Source: Klebsormidium nitens | Lineage: Eukaryota; Plantae; Klebsormidiophyceae | Assembly (NCBI GenBank): GCA_000708835.1 | Contig: DF237162.1 | Coordinates: 1 to 64,000 of the forward strand | Direction of reading: 5' to 3' | DNA: 64,000 bases | Made by a program: the position numbers and the translations under genes | Shown: positions 50,311 through 63,443 of the stretch, piece after piece | Layout of the letters: each line of letters starts with the position of its first letter | Position numbering within the stretch: position 1 is the stretch's first letter | The notes under the pieces: generated by a model | Databases searched by the model: none | Told to the model about the DNA's origin: nothing | The model's input: the letters and a program-made list of their open reading frames with translations, nothing else

Positions 50311-51630
50311 CTAAAAATTAAGCGTTAACCCTCGGTTTAATGGGAATCCCGGAAGAGCGGCCGGTTCTGCCTCGCGCTGTGTTCATACCAATACATCGAG
50401 TAACAATCCCCGGTTGTTCGGGCACGCCCGGATTGCATGCAGGAGGTGCCACGTGGTCAGGGCGGCGCTGACTCGGACTGACTGTAACGGTAACGTTCAT
50501 ATCAACGGTACGGTTACGGTCCGACCGTGACCGACCCTTCGGCAGGCCCCCATGCAATTCAGGTACACTGCGTACCAGTAAAATGAACGCCATGAATGAT
50601 GAACCGTTGTTGGATGTGCGTTGTGGATAAACAATGCACCGGTGCCCCAAGGGACCCCACCGGCTGGAAATCGACCGGAACAGCCATTGGCGCCCAGGCA
50701 AAACCGGTCCCAGGCAGTACAACAGTGACCAGTCTGGTCAGCGGGACAGCGGGTGAAAGTGCAGGGAGCCGGTAGACGGCCGGCACGCCGCTGCACGCTG
50801 CACAGGCGGCACCATCGTACAGGCCCAAGCGACCGTACCGGCCTGGTCCAAATAGGTACTCAACACCAGTCCGAATCAAAGATTCTAGTGCAGTGAACCT
50901 GAGGCTGAGTCCCAAGTGACCTGAGTCCTGACGGAAGAGTCCTGGGAACTCTGGCATGTGAGTCAGGCCTCTCGAGTTTCGTACGTAGGTACGGTGTGCA
51001 CTGTGTACAGTGTAACGTACCTAGTAGGTACCTAGGTACCTATGGGACCAAGTCATGGCGTTCGGACGTACGTTGGGGACGTTGAAGAGTCGAAGGTCTT
51101 GACGGTCGATCCTCGCCCTGACCAACTCGATCAAGGCTCTGACTCAGCAAGCGTGCTTGCAAGCCAATCGGACGGCTCGGAGTGTGCCAACTCATTATCG
51201 TCATTTCCCGTGGAGTGACGCCGTCAGCTCCTGGTGCTGCTTTCCGTCAAACACCGACGCCGGTGCGTGCGGGACGGTTTAAACATGCAATGATAGTGGT
51301 GTCAAACAGGGTAAAGTGTACATGCTGTACACTCAGAGACGGCGCCTTACAAATTGGACCCGTGTAGTGTGCCTAGGGTGCACGAAACGTCGAAAGTTGG
51401 TCTTGGGCCTGGGCGCCCCATTTGGATCAGGCATTTGCTGCTGCCAGTGCCAGCTAGGATTCCAAGATTCAGTGGGAGAGCAGAGGGACCCTTCCCCTGA
51501 CTGCCCCCTACCCTGCATTTTCGGCTAGTGAAAGATGGGTGGAAGAGCAAGCATGGGGCAGTGAACCGCGCTGTTTGGCACCTCGAACGTTCAGAAGCAA
51601 GGTAGACGTGCTGCATATGCTGCGAACGGA

Positions 51631-54525
51631 ATGGAGGGACATGTCGGCAATGACCTTTGGGGCGTGGACTTTGAGGACTGCACTTTTCCGAAGCCCTCAG
51701 TTTCCCCAACTCTTCAGGACTGTCTCTCGAGATTGACGGAGGCCTCTCCAGCTGCGCAGGAGCGTGAGACCATGGAGTCCGCGTCACGGTGCTCAGGTTG
51801 GGTAGCAAAAGGGAGTAGATTTGGCGACAGATTCCTCGAGGAGGACATGGCGGCTCTGGCAGAGAGGATAGCTGCCTCCATGTTAGATGACGATAGCCAG
51901 AGTTCGTCCTCTGCTTCAGACTATAACATGAGTGCCACCACCAGCGAGGAGGGCAGCCCCAAGGCTTGGAACTTGAACGCCAGGGTAAGCTATACTGCCG
52001 CTGACATCTGATATGATGCTTGGTGATGTGATTCAATAAGTGCACTGCCCTTGCAATGCCGAAAGACTCAATGTAAGCCTCTATTGACCTCTGTCAGGTA
52101 TTGTGCACAAAGCTGGACTGTTTTTGAATTGAGTTCAGACAGTCCGTGTAGCCTCAGACAGCTGGTAAGCTTGACTTTATGTCGTTGAAGCGTCTCGGTT
52201 GCTGCCAAGCTGTAAGTGAACGCGTTCAAAGGGCATGCATGCGAGCTGCACATATCCGGAAAAGTTAGCAGCCATTGGTATGGACTGTAGAGGCGCTCAA
52301 GCTGGACAGCTGATTCACTGAGTGCACTGCTCTTGCAACGTTTGAAGAACTCACAATGAAGATTTCAATGGCTCCATCTGCTCTTTCAATGTTATCAGGC
52401 CAGCTCAAACCAACGGTGTGCCTGCGACTCAAGGTGTCGCACGACCCAAGCCTTTTCTCATATGATCCAAGTGTCCAGAGGATGCTCGTCCTTCAGCAGT
52501 CCCGTTGTTTACACCATTTGTTGGCCTGCACTCATCAAATCTTTCATTCCAAATGCGCAGGGCTTTCCCGCCGACAGCAGGCCTGCATCTCCCTCATGGA
52601 GCTCCTCTTCTTATGATTACGATCAGCTCCCTTCGGTCTCCTATGGGGACACCGATTCACGCAGCCCCGATGCATTCATGTCCAATCGGAGGACTCCCTT
52701 CCAGAGGGCGCCCGTCTCGCACCAGGAGGTGTTCAGCCTTCAGCAGCAACTAGAAAGTCTTTCTGCACAGCAACTGCACACTCTGAAGAAAGCACTCGCT
52801 GAGTGTCAGAAGGGGCGACAAGGGCGTCAGTCTGAGACTCAAAACCGGGGGCGGTCCTGCGGTCAGCCAGAGAAGGGGAACCGGGGCCTGAGAGAACAGA
52901 GCAGGAATTACCATGACCAGGTAAGGTTGATTCTGGAACTGATTTGGGCTGGTCAGAAATAGCATCTGCGAAACGCGACACTTTACTCACTTTGAAACAT
53001 TCTCCTGTTGTTTGGTCGTGTGGACGGTTTCAAGGATTTGAGTCTATCGAGCTGTCATGACAAGGGTGACACGTGTCATCTAGAGTAGTCTGCAGTGGAT
53101 GAATCCGGATTGGTGATGGTGTGAGCTTAGCAGGGGGTGTCGTCACTTGGTTTCTGTGTGAGATGAAAGCATGGGACGTCTGCTTGATCTAGTTGTCCTT
53201 CATTTCAAGGAGACGGTCAACTTTTACCAGCGTTTCCAGAACATGTTTCTTCCTTTCAATCTTTTTGTAAGAGACAAAGATCCAAACCTGAGTCCCTCTT
53301 GCTTGTGCATCCATTGGACCATTCTCTTATATGTTTTCAGTCTTTCAATCCCTTCAGCCACAGCCCCCACTTGCGATCTTGATCGCTCTGCCGCCTGAAA
53401 GTCCCCTCTCAGAAGCAGAAACTCGAATCATGCTACTGGACCCATAGCTGACACTATTTGCATATTGCCTCTTCCAGGCGCGTAAGCAGGCAGAGCGTCG
53501 TGCCATTAGCGCGTTAGCGAGCCAGCAGCCAAACGAGAGGCTAGCCATTGAGTCCCGCGCCAGCCGCAGGGGGGTAATCTGTGGAGCCGCTGCGACCCCC
53601 CCCAGCACGCCCAAGCCCGTCCCTACCCCTTCTCAGAAGGAGAACGGCACCGGCGTGTTCCTTCCCATGGCAGTGGTCTCGTCGATGCCCTCCCATGGAA
53701 AGAGCAAAGCTGGTGAGGACTCGGGACCAAGCCCGATTTAAGTAGCCTCACGTTGTTAGAGTCTTATCCAGAGCTGTGCAGTTTGAGTACCTTGAATTGA
53801 ATATGCACACTTCAACTGTTCTGTGAATCGAGTCTCTGAAAGAAGTACCTGCTTTTATCGAATGAAGTCAAGGTGGCAAGGACACCCTCGTGGTCCGGCT
53901 TGGACATTTGATGATGAGATTGCATCAGGTGCTCCTCAATGTTTAGGGCTGAAAGAAGGGGTCAAACTTGCCATTTCTTTGCGGGACGTTCGCGAAGGTC
54001 CTCACTATTTCAACGGTGTCCGCTGGCACTGTTCTGGTTGCCTACCGCGGCCACTGGTTTACAAGCCCGGTTCATTGTTCTGCAGGCTCGACTCTCCAGG
54101 CCACTCCCCGGCCATTCCAGCCCCCTCTTTCCAAGTCGACTCTAGGCCCCAACCGACGGGACTTCAACGGTCAGCTCTGTAGTCAATCAAAGCAACCCCC
54201 TCACAAACCCGCGACCTCACCCCCCAAGGTTGCCGTCGTGGACTGTAGTGAGCTGATGAAGATTCCGGTGGTCAACTTTAACCAGAGATGTAGAGCCCAG
54301 GCCGCCCCTCCTGCTCGGGGGCCGACTGGACCTGTGTCAAAACCGGTTAGCGGAGCCCGACGGCCGTCAAAAGCCAATCAGCGAGCAGTGGACCGCCAGA
54401 TCTTCTTGCAGCGGGCTGCCTACGGGGCACACGGAGAGTCTCTGCCTCAGCAGGGGTGGGTTCAAACTGGACAATCCAGATGCGGCACCGACAACTTAGG
54501 GCTTCCCGAAGAGTGGGTTTATTAG
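51631..54525 (+). CDS. Uncharacterised plant-family protein with GTGVFLP and C-terminal LPxEWxY motifs (low-complexity, Ser/Pro-rich)
   Basis: Exons approximately 51631-51983, 52500-52920, 53478-53711 (KENGTGVFLPMAV) and 54089-54525 (DNLGLPEEWVY*). I recall this motif pair from land-plant At3g54000/At5g59050-like proteins. The start and the exon 2 acceptor are uncertain. Confidence 0.7.
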
Positions 54526-55528
54526 CGGAGTGTTGCGCTGTGCTGTACTGTGTACCTATTGCTTGCGATTACGTCTAAGCCTGAGCCAGGGGAATAAGAA
54601 GGGCCTGAAACGCTAGTCGGTATGAATAAGTCGGCAGATTATGTAATCAGTTTCACGAAGTATGCAGGTAATTGGTCCTAGCAAAAATAAAGTCCAGGGC
54701 AGACACAGGAATGATCAGGCTGCACCCAAAAGTTGTACTGCTGTGCGTTTTTAGAGAACAATGAGGAACCGTCAATAAGACTTACTAACGTATATTAGAA
54801 TAATGCGACTTGATCTCATTATAAAGCTGATCCAGTTGAGCTCGAGGATTTGTCAGTTGACTCTAGCTATCACGATATCTGACGTATATGGCTTGAAGCC
54901 TCCAAAATTCTTGTCCGGACGATTCATACCCTGACTTGTCACCCAGCGTCCGCACTCGTTACAGAACATTGCAAACCAGCTAGTTTACGGTATATATGTA
55001 TAGGTGAGTTTGAGAGTTGCTTGCATTTTGAGTTAATGCGCGGACCTCTTTGCAATATATGGGCATTCAATCATGTTCAAGCCTTGTTCGAGTATACATG
55101 CACTTGGCGTATATATAAGTGCGCATATGTGCGATTTGTCAGATGTTGCCCAGCCTGCCCTACTATAATTTCCGACCGATTCTGCATGTGTGAATGACTC
55201 AAGGAACTGACGGTCATAGGTAACTAACTATGTATGGAATCATGTGCGTACTCGCCTTTACTGACTAGCTTAAAAATTCAATTTACGCGCATTGGTATAC
55301 CACGTCCGACAGGTCGACTCGAACATTCCTTAAAGTGTACCGTCATGTGCACATGCAGAGGCCTGTACTTTCGGCCCATATGGTGGCTATTGAGGAGACG
55401 GTTGAAAGGGAGGACGACGTGGAACGCTAAGTTTGCAATTCTACGCTGCAGCGGAGCTTAGTATGGCCATGGACCAGCTTCGACGATGCATGACTTTGAA
55501 CGCATAGGGCCCGCCCTGCCATACAAAA

Positions 55529-58500
55529 TCAAGTCTCTGATTCCAGTCTGGACTCTGCTAAACTTATTTCGGCATCGACTTTAGCTAGCAGCCGCTTCCC
55601 TATCCGTCTCGCAACGGACAACATGTCCGAGATTACGCTCGGGTCGATCCCGGCACTCCCCCTCTTGGTAACTCCGCACAGCTGCCCCTTCTCGTTTACG
55701 GCGACCGAAAGGGCGGAGCTCATCTGCGCCTCCTCGTCCCCTGTGGCGTCCGCTATATAGTGCCGGCCAACCTGGAAGGAAGTGCGGCAGGGAGAAAAGT
55801 CAGCGCGCGTGGTTGCCTATGTGAATTTGGCGACGAGTCAGAGATCAGGATGGAATGGTCGGTCGCCGCAATGCGGATGCACGTGGACCTGCGGGGCAAC
55901 GGCTTAGCCATGCAGACTCATATGGAAGAGTCCCGCGTGGGGATGCGTCCGCCCACGCCACCATAACACCAGTAAACGGGACTCGTTGTGTAAGCATTAC
56001 TGATGCATCCGTGGTTCATACGGCGCTCTTTGATCGCCCGGATGAGAACTTCCGCATGATGGACAACGGCAGATACTTAAAACCAATTAGGTGGCGAACT
56101 GCGGAAGGGATGTCTGTGCAGCGACGCGAATTCATGTAAAGCGAAAGATAGAAACCTGGAAGAGGTCTGGTTGATGGTTTCTGCGGCAGAGTTCATTCAA
56201 GATACTTCGAGCATTGCAAGGCCGATGGTTTGACTGCTTGCAACGGGTCGGAGAGCCTTCGAGCCAATTTCTAAAACTCCGCCTTCCATACAATTGCGAC
56301 AATACACGAAGAAAGCAAAGAGGACAACTATACGTAGAAACACAACGGACAGCAGGAAAGTAATGACCAGATCGTCCGTATGATCTCGCAATGAGAACGG
56401 AACGGGTAATCCGGAAAAAATCACGAGGGCACTGACGGCAACCATAAAACGAGAGCAACAAGTAGCCAGTAGTAACCAAGCCCTCAACAAACTCTGTTCA
56501 ATAGAGGCGTTTGTTTCCGCGTCTTTGAGAACGGTCGACAGCGGAACGGGCTGCGCGGGTCAAAGTGACCGTTTGCTTAACCGGTCGGGACGATGGAGGA
56601 CGACTGGCGTGAAGGTCCAGGTGCGTAGAACTAGACCGTGACTGGAATCGTGTACGGCAGCCGAAGCGAGGCCGGATCCTCAGAGAAAGTGGAAGATCTT
56701 CCTACGTGGCCGTTCTATCGTGGACAAAGCTCGTCCACACACTTTTTCAACGGTGACTTGGATGGAAATGACGAGGTGATGTGACTGCTCATGCGGTTGA
56801 ATCTACTTCGAGGCCCCTAGAATCTGCATGCAGAGCCTTTGGGACTGCACTGAAGTGGGCCAGCTCCGAGTGCTGTGCTGTCCGCTTATTTGGGAAAGCA
56901 CGTGTCACGTCCATTCGAGCACGGGACAGCGAATCTAGACAAGTGACAAATGCATTCTCAATTAATTGTCCCGGAGAATTGGATACATCAGAGTGCCGGG
57001 AAGTGATCCAAACAGAGTGAATCAGAACCAGCTAGGAGAAGTCGGACCAGTATTCCTGCCAACAATTCTGGCCCGATGGAAGGAGACCCTCGGAGATGAC
57101 TCAGCAATATTGACCTTTTACGAAGTAAACCAGCTGAGTAGCTCAGATACCAGATGATACACCGTCCTACTTAGGGAGATTTTGTTGCTTGGAGGGCAGA
57201 TCCCAAATTTCTCTTAAGATTCTGAGACTGACGCGAACAACTGTCGATCTCAAACACCGGGCGGACACCAGCCAAATAATTGACACTCATCACGTTGGTC
57301 AGGTACCACACGTTGCTTTCAAAATTCTGACGTCCAGCTAGATTGCTTACAACCCTGTTGCGTGACGTGGATCAATGAAAAGTTTCTGTCAAATCATTTT
57401 CTGAATCCCACATCCAGACTCACCCCCTGGGTAACAGGGATGAAACCTGGCACCTGACGAGCGTACAAATCAGAGGATGAGCGTACACCTCATCTCAGAC
57501 AAACGGTCAGCACGTTGGTCATAAGTTTGAAACTGAGACAGCAGAATAGGGAGAGCTCCCCACACAGCTTCAGTGCCTAGACCGGTAGAACCAGGTTGAG
57601 AGTCGACCAGATCAGCAATCTGCATCCACAGCTGACCGGCACCTTGCATCATGACCGGTACGGGATGACTCAGCTTGGCAATTGCGATGACGTGGCTCGT
57701 GTCGATCGGACAGTCGAGCACGTGGACTCCCAACTCGTGTAAAGTTGTCAGACCCAGCGGGGTTAGAGCCAGTAAACTTGGTCACTGCGACGAAAAGGGG
57801 AATTGCGGCGCTGCTGACAAACCACTCGGCATTTGTCTCGCAACATTTCTCAGCTCTGGCAAACCCAATCGAGTCAGAGTTGACCCACCTTTCATCTTGT
57901 GCAGACTTCGCCTGCGCTGAGGAACCTTCCATCACACGTAAATTATTACCATTTTCGCAAGATCGGCAAGCTTTGCAGGTTAAGGGCTAACCCACCTTGG
58001 TCAGCGTGACGATGAGGGGGACTGCGGCGGTGCTGACGCGCGCGCACTCGTCGGGGTCGTCGTTCAGCTCAAGCTCGCCCTCCTCGTCCCCTTCCCCTGC
58101 GAGGACCTCCACTTTTGGAATGCGTGTGTTGCTCAGCGCCGCCTGCAAGAGCATGACAATTGAAGATGTCATTACTTAATGGACCGTGTTTTCACTGTGG
58201 TTCTCGAAATAGGATTCGAGTTGGAAACACTCCCCCTCTCTTTAGGAGACACACGGCGAAGGGTGCTCAATACTTTACGACAGGCTTTCTTTGTCGTTTA
58301 TGTGAGTCGACATGCATGTTACAAAACACGAAAGCTTCAGCTTCGTTGCCCTGCCAGTCCCTCCCTTGAATATAAACAAGTTTCCTTTCCGGGCCATCTT
58401 TGAGCCGATGGAGAAGGGGGCCGCATTGCAGTCTGTGACTGTCAACATGGGCCGTGAACGAGGGCAAGCGCGCTTGAAATCTGCTTCAGGTTGACGCGAT

Positions 58501-60971
58501 CGAGTTTGCACCGCACTCTACTCTCGTGTCCTGCGGAAGCACCTCAGTCCAGCTCTGCAGGTTCTCACCAAACGAGCTAGTGCGTCGGACGGTCGATAGT
58601 GCCGCACGCACGTGCGTCAACGGATCTCGAGCGACTGAAGAAAATATGTTCACACATGACCGTTCTGGAAGCGATCCCGCCTTGAGCGTGCCCTCTGATC
58701 GCTAAAAGAAAATCTCTACGTGCCTACCTTGATCCCGATCGCAGATGCGTCCAGGATGTTGCCATCCGCATTTAGTACGAGCACGTCGGCGTACAGCACC
58801 CAGCATGTCTTGCCCTCCACCACTGACAGCGCAGCCAGGTCCACCGCGGCCCCTGCAAGGGAAGCAATGGCGACTGCTGACGTCACACCATCGAAGCTGA
58901 CGTCACCAACCCACAAGCGAGGGCGTCGGCCCTCGAGTGAGGTCCGAGTACCGGCTACGTCGACATTGAAAAGATTTCATGTATTACCGAGCATGGGTGC
59001 GGTTGATAAGATGCTCGATTCTGTCACAGATTGCCAGAAAGGAAGGGGGGAGAACGTGGACTCCCGAGCGGACGTGAGACATCCCGCCTATCTATTACTG
59101 CTGGGATCGACGGTCTTGGTTGATCGGACTCCCTCATTTTCACCGTCGATTGAAGGGGTTATAAAGGAACGGTGTTCCTAGGGAGTCCGCCGGGACTCCC
59201 TATTCTCCTTCCTTCCGTTTCTGTCAGGACTACACACAGCTCGATATCCAGAACCCACTTGACAAAGAACGAGGGAGAGATCGACCGCACATGTTTAGCA
59301 CGACCTCACTCCTCCAACCTTCCCTTCCCTGACACTGCAATGGTTTGACAGCATGTACATGTCCTGACTCGTGCCAGGAGCTCCTGGAAATCTGTTAATT
59401 CAAAGATTGACCAACCAACAAAAAGTTAAACCGTAAGCAGGGCTTGCGGGCACGCAGCGACCAGTACGATCTCCACCTGTGCCGTTTGCCCCCCCTGCAA
59501 AGCTTCGCTCCAGGGCCTTGCCCAGCTCTGCAGACAGCTCCTCCCCTCCGCGACCCTGCCACAAGTAGCGCAACATTCGTCATCACAAGGCCGCATTCAC
59601 ACGATCTGCGACTGTCTGTAACGCATTTCGAAACGAAGGTTTGGGAGGACAATCAGGAAATTGTCGACGTTAGGCAGCACGCATGTTCCACACTGACCCC
59701 TCAATGGGTTGTTAGATATTTTGCGTTTAATTCTTCACTTGCGCAGGAACCCAGAATGTCGTTCTTCGTCATATTTGATGGTTCCGGCTCCCAGGAGATA
59801 TCACATTCCACCTGCACTAGAATGTTTCATAACTGGTAGATATTGACAGGAGCGCAGCAGCAAAGAACCTAATACTGGTCCTTTTATGCAAACTCACTTC
59901 GAACTCAGGCCCCGCTGTAGGGGAGATCTCCACTGCAAGCTCCAACCGCCCCAGGTGGGGGAACTCTGCCGGCGGGCTGCCTAGCTCTGCCTGCAGACAA
60001 AGGTTTGCTCAAATTGGAGGCACAATGTGTGTCCCCCCAATTCAACTCTCTATGTTCAGTATATTCTGCAAATGCGTATACAATTGAAGCCTGTGATGGG
60101 ACAAACCATATCAGAGTAAGTCACCCCCAACGCTTCTGTGATCAATGGTAGCATGCAAAAGGACAGCAATCCTTGGAAATAACTTGAGGGCAATCAACCA
60201 TTTGCTGAGAAGTACTTAGAAGGCCGCACCTTGATGCTTGCAAGGATGTCAGTAGCCCCTAGGCGCACCCGCGCAGATCCACTCGCCTGGACAGAGTATA
60301 CACAGGTGTTACTGCAAGTGGAACATCTTTAGACCATACTTTTAGAGGTCGAGCATAATTCAAGTGGCATTGAGTTTGTAAAAGACTGATTCGAAAGCAC
60401 ATGATAGGGAGCTTTGCTTTTAGTAGTCTGCGGAAGGAAAGGGCTGTCGCTGCTGGCTGCAGAAGGGAGCAATAGGAAGGGCGGTGTGGTTCTGAGAACC
60501 TCTGATTTCATTCTAGAACTTTCTTGCCACTATTTGCAGGAGAAGGTTGCTGGTTGGGCAAGGACTTGTCTAAGCACAATGTAGGTCGTCTCCTGGTGTA
60601 CTGTTCATCATCCTTGGTTGGCAACAGCACTGATGATTGACCCTAATGCGAGCTTACGCCTTTTGACAGCACACTTCGCTTTTGCAGCAAAGGAGGAAAA
60701 TCTGTCCGCTTTTCCTCAGCTTCACCCTCCATGTATCAAAAGTATTACAGACCAAATGAGATAAATCACTGCAAGAATGATGAGCGGTTTCTTCGGGATG
60801 GTTGAGATCCTGGACCAGAAATTTTGTACGTATGTGCAAGCTCACCTGAGAGATAACATCAAGTTGGATCGAGAAGCTACGAAAATCCTCCCGCCCCCTC
60901 CCATCATTGCGCAGGTCCTGGGCGATCCCACCTTCCAAGAAGCTCAGCTCAGCTGCCGACAGGCCCGGCAT
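55529..60971 (-). CDS. RRP42: Exosome complex component RRP42 (RNase PH-like), about 7 exons
   Basis: MPGLSAAELSFLEGGIAQDLRNDGRGREDFR, ASGSARVRLGATDILASIK, AVEISPTAGPEFE|GRGGEELSAEL, KTCWVLYADVLVLNADGNILDA, AALSNTRIPKV...VPLIVTLTK|VGRHYIADAT.EEAQMSSALSVAVN..GQLCGVTKRGSAGIDPSVISDM. Confidence 0.95.
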
Positions 60972-61271
60972 TACAAGTGCACTTTTAAGGGCCAAGCTCA
61001 CAACTTTTCTTCCTTGCCACTAGCTTACCAAGTCAACAGGCGGCGTCAATGTTTTGCTGTGCCTATAACTCCTCTGCTGGTTAGTGACTTGGTGGGTACC
61101 TACTCTCCTAGAGATTGTAGAACGACGGCCTTCCTTTGCTTATACACAACTTTCCAAAAATGGTGGTGGTAAGTTGTCAGGTGCGGCACGACCAAGGAAC
61201 GAAGCGCTGCAGAGGTCCAAAAGGTTAATGCGGCCAGAGGCTCTCGTTGTCAAAAACACCTGAAAGACTCC

Positions 61272-63443
61272 ATGGGTCTACCTCCTCTTGATAGCCGCAG
61301 CGCCTCCCCAAACCGCTCCACTGCAGGCAATCACCAGACTCAGCTTCAAGTTTTTGCCAGATCACTAGCTACGGTGACTGAGCCGTTCAAGCAGAGCGAT
61401 GATCTGGCAAGGAACTTTGCCAACATCACAACTGGTGTAAAAACCCGCTTCTTTGCATCTGCGACACCGTGACGGGGCCGTTTCAAAATTCTTAGTCGGC
61501 TTTGCAGTCTGCGAACACGAGGCAGTCACGCCGGCAATCCGTGTTCACACCTAGTTGAGCAGATGCCAGATGCTTAGGTCGTCACTTTGCAGCAGCTGAG
61601 CTGCTCCAGCTCGACAGTAGCTAAGAGTAGAATTACATTGGCACGGTTACATGGGTTTGTAGCAACTTTTTCCGACGGCACGGTTACTTCGAGTTTGGCG
61701 CGAAAGCACTCGGCCGGTCACCCGAACGTAGCCCCTTGAAAGGAGCAAATCTGCACATTTCGGATCAGACGGTACTGTACCATGTAGATCTTGGGTACTG
61801 AGAGTGTACTGACCAGGCTTCCGAGCCGTCCGATCCATTCGTTCCCCCCACGCGGCAAGCCCGGATGAAGTAACGGTGCGCCGTTGGCCCCAACCCGTCT
61901 CGGCGGGCCAACGGTGCCGTTGGTAGATAATCGCGGGGGGTTCCGAAGAATCGACCCAGTTGATCGATGAAGTAACCGTAAGTAAAAGTAACGGTGCCAA
62001 TGTGCGGTCCGGTTGCAGTTAAGTTTCAACAGTAACCGTGCCAATGTAAGTCTACCCTAATAAGTAGGTGACTCTCGCTCCAGTTTCCACCATGCATTTG
62101 CCTTGAACAGAAAGCCGCAAAAGCAGTGGCAGGGCGCGAGCAGAAGGCTCGAATCCATGGCTCACACAACACTGTAGGGCGGAGGAGGGCGGCGGGAGAT
62201 GCTGCAAGCTGCAGAGAGACGGTGATTTCTAAAGTTGACGCGCAGCTTGCAGTAAGAGCAGCAGTCTTCACCATTGAACATGGTTGCTGTAAATCCTTCC
62301 AGCAGGCTTGCATGCAAGTGACCAGTCATCAGAATGCATCTATGGCTGTCGTGCAGATCATTCAGCGTCTTGCGATATGTGGAGGTTTTTGGAATTGGGT
62401 GACACAGAGGTGCCGGCTTCGTATGTCACTGCAGCTTTTGAAAACCTAACTGCAATTTTTGGTTAAGGGAGTTCATCAGGATTGAGGAACTCATTTTCAT
62501 CGAATGCCCCATTCGTTGTTAGATGTTATTTTTCTCAAGATTCAGAGAGGGGTTAAAAGTACCAAACTTTAGCTGTCAGATTGCTGCTTCAGGATCTACC
62601 CTGGAGTCTTCAAAAACTGACCCAAGGCAGTACTTTGAGTGAGGTGCTTACTACCTTTGTCACAAGGAGAGTTGCACACCAAGTGCTAGGATATAGAGTC
62701 ATTGAAAATTTAGGCCACATATGCAAGCACAACCTATAAACCCTCTTACCTGCCATATCTTTAGTTACATGATTTTGTTCAAGGACTTATCTGTGTGTCC
62801 TAATTTGAAGAGAAAGCCTTCCTTTACAGGGCCTCTCAAAGTTACTTTGTATCAGCTTTCTTCAAAGAACTGCTGACTTCAATCCATACTTTGAGGCTCT
62901 GCTGACCATGTATCCTTCTTTGCAGGGAAGTGGTTGCTTTTCCCTTGCCTCCTCCACAACCAGTCAGGCGCTATGGAGGACTATGAGCAGTTCTCGCGAG
63001 AGGAGCACTCCCCTCGGAAGGTTCGCAAGTCAGTCGCACAGAAGCTCCACCTCGCCCCCCCTGATCAAATTAAGCATGAGCGAACTCACGAGTACGCCGG
63101 CGCTGCTACCCAGGCGGTAATCAGGCAGGTCTTTGATGCCTTGGGGGGGGATGAAGGGCTCAAGATCGTTCAGAATCTGGTCAAGGGCCAGGCCAAAATT
63201 GTCGCTGAAGAGGCGCGCACTTCAGCGGGTCTTCTCACTTCCCACGTCTCTGCGAGGCAAGCCACCATCGGCACCTATGATGCGCTTGAGGAGAAGTGGA
63301 AGCAATTCGTGAAGCGCCAGCCGTGGTATCTTCAATCGGCCATGCTGGCTGCGGGGGGGTTCTTTGGGCTGCTGGCATTGGGTTTGATGCTTTCGCTGTG
63401 GCGTTTCGTCCTCTTTGGCCTTGGTCCCGTCTACCGGAATTGA
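61272..63443 (+). CDS. Putative spliced membrane protein; only the last large exon (about 62927-63443) is well supported
   Basis: An open, protein-like frame follows ttgcag|62927 (AMEDYEQF...EEKWKQFVKRQPWYLQSAMLAAGGFFGLLALGLMLSLWRFVLFGLG) and has a long hydrophobic stretch. The candidate first exon is at 61272 (MGLPPLDSRS...), divergent from RRP42. Confidence 0.45.
61636..62046. mobile_element. MITE (411 bp) with perfect 15-bp TIRs and TA target-site duplication (Tc1/mariner, Stowaway-like geometry)
   Basis: TA|CATTGGCACGGTTAC (61636) ... GTAACCGTGCCAATG|TA (62046). Internal subterminal copies of GGCACGGTTAC/GTAACGGTGC occur near 61676, 61870, 61908 and 61988. No coding capacity. Confidence 0.85.

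Noticed and set aside
48769-51035. 12-bp inverted match (ctaggtacctac / gtaggtacctag) as TIRs of a 2.3-kb element
   Set aside because: The core TAGGTACCTA is self-palindromic and short, and no TSD was found.
55770-57990. ORF fragments inside the 2.2-kb RRP42 intron (nested gene or TE?)
   Set aside because: Short, interrupted and motif-free in the frames examined; no TIR or LTR seen.
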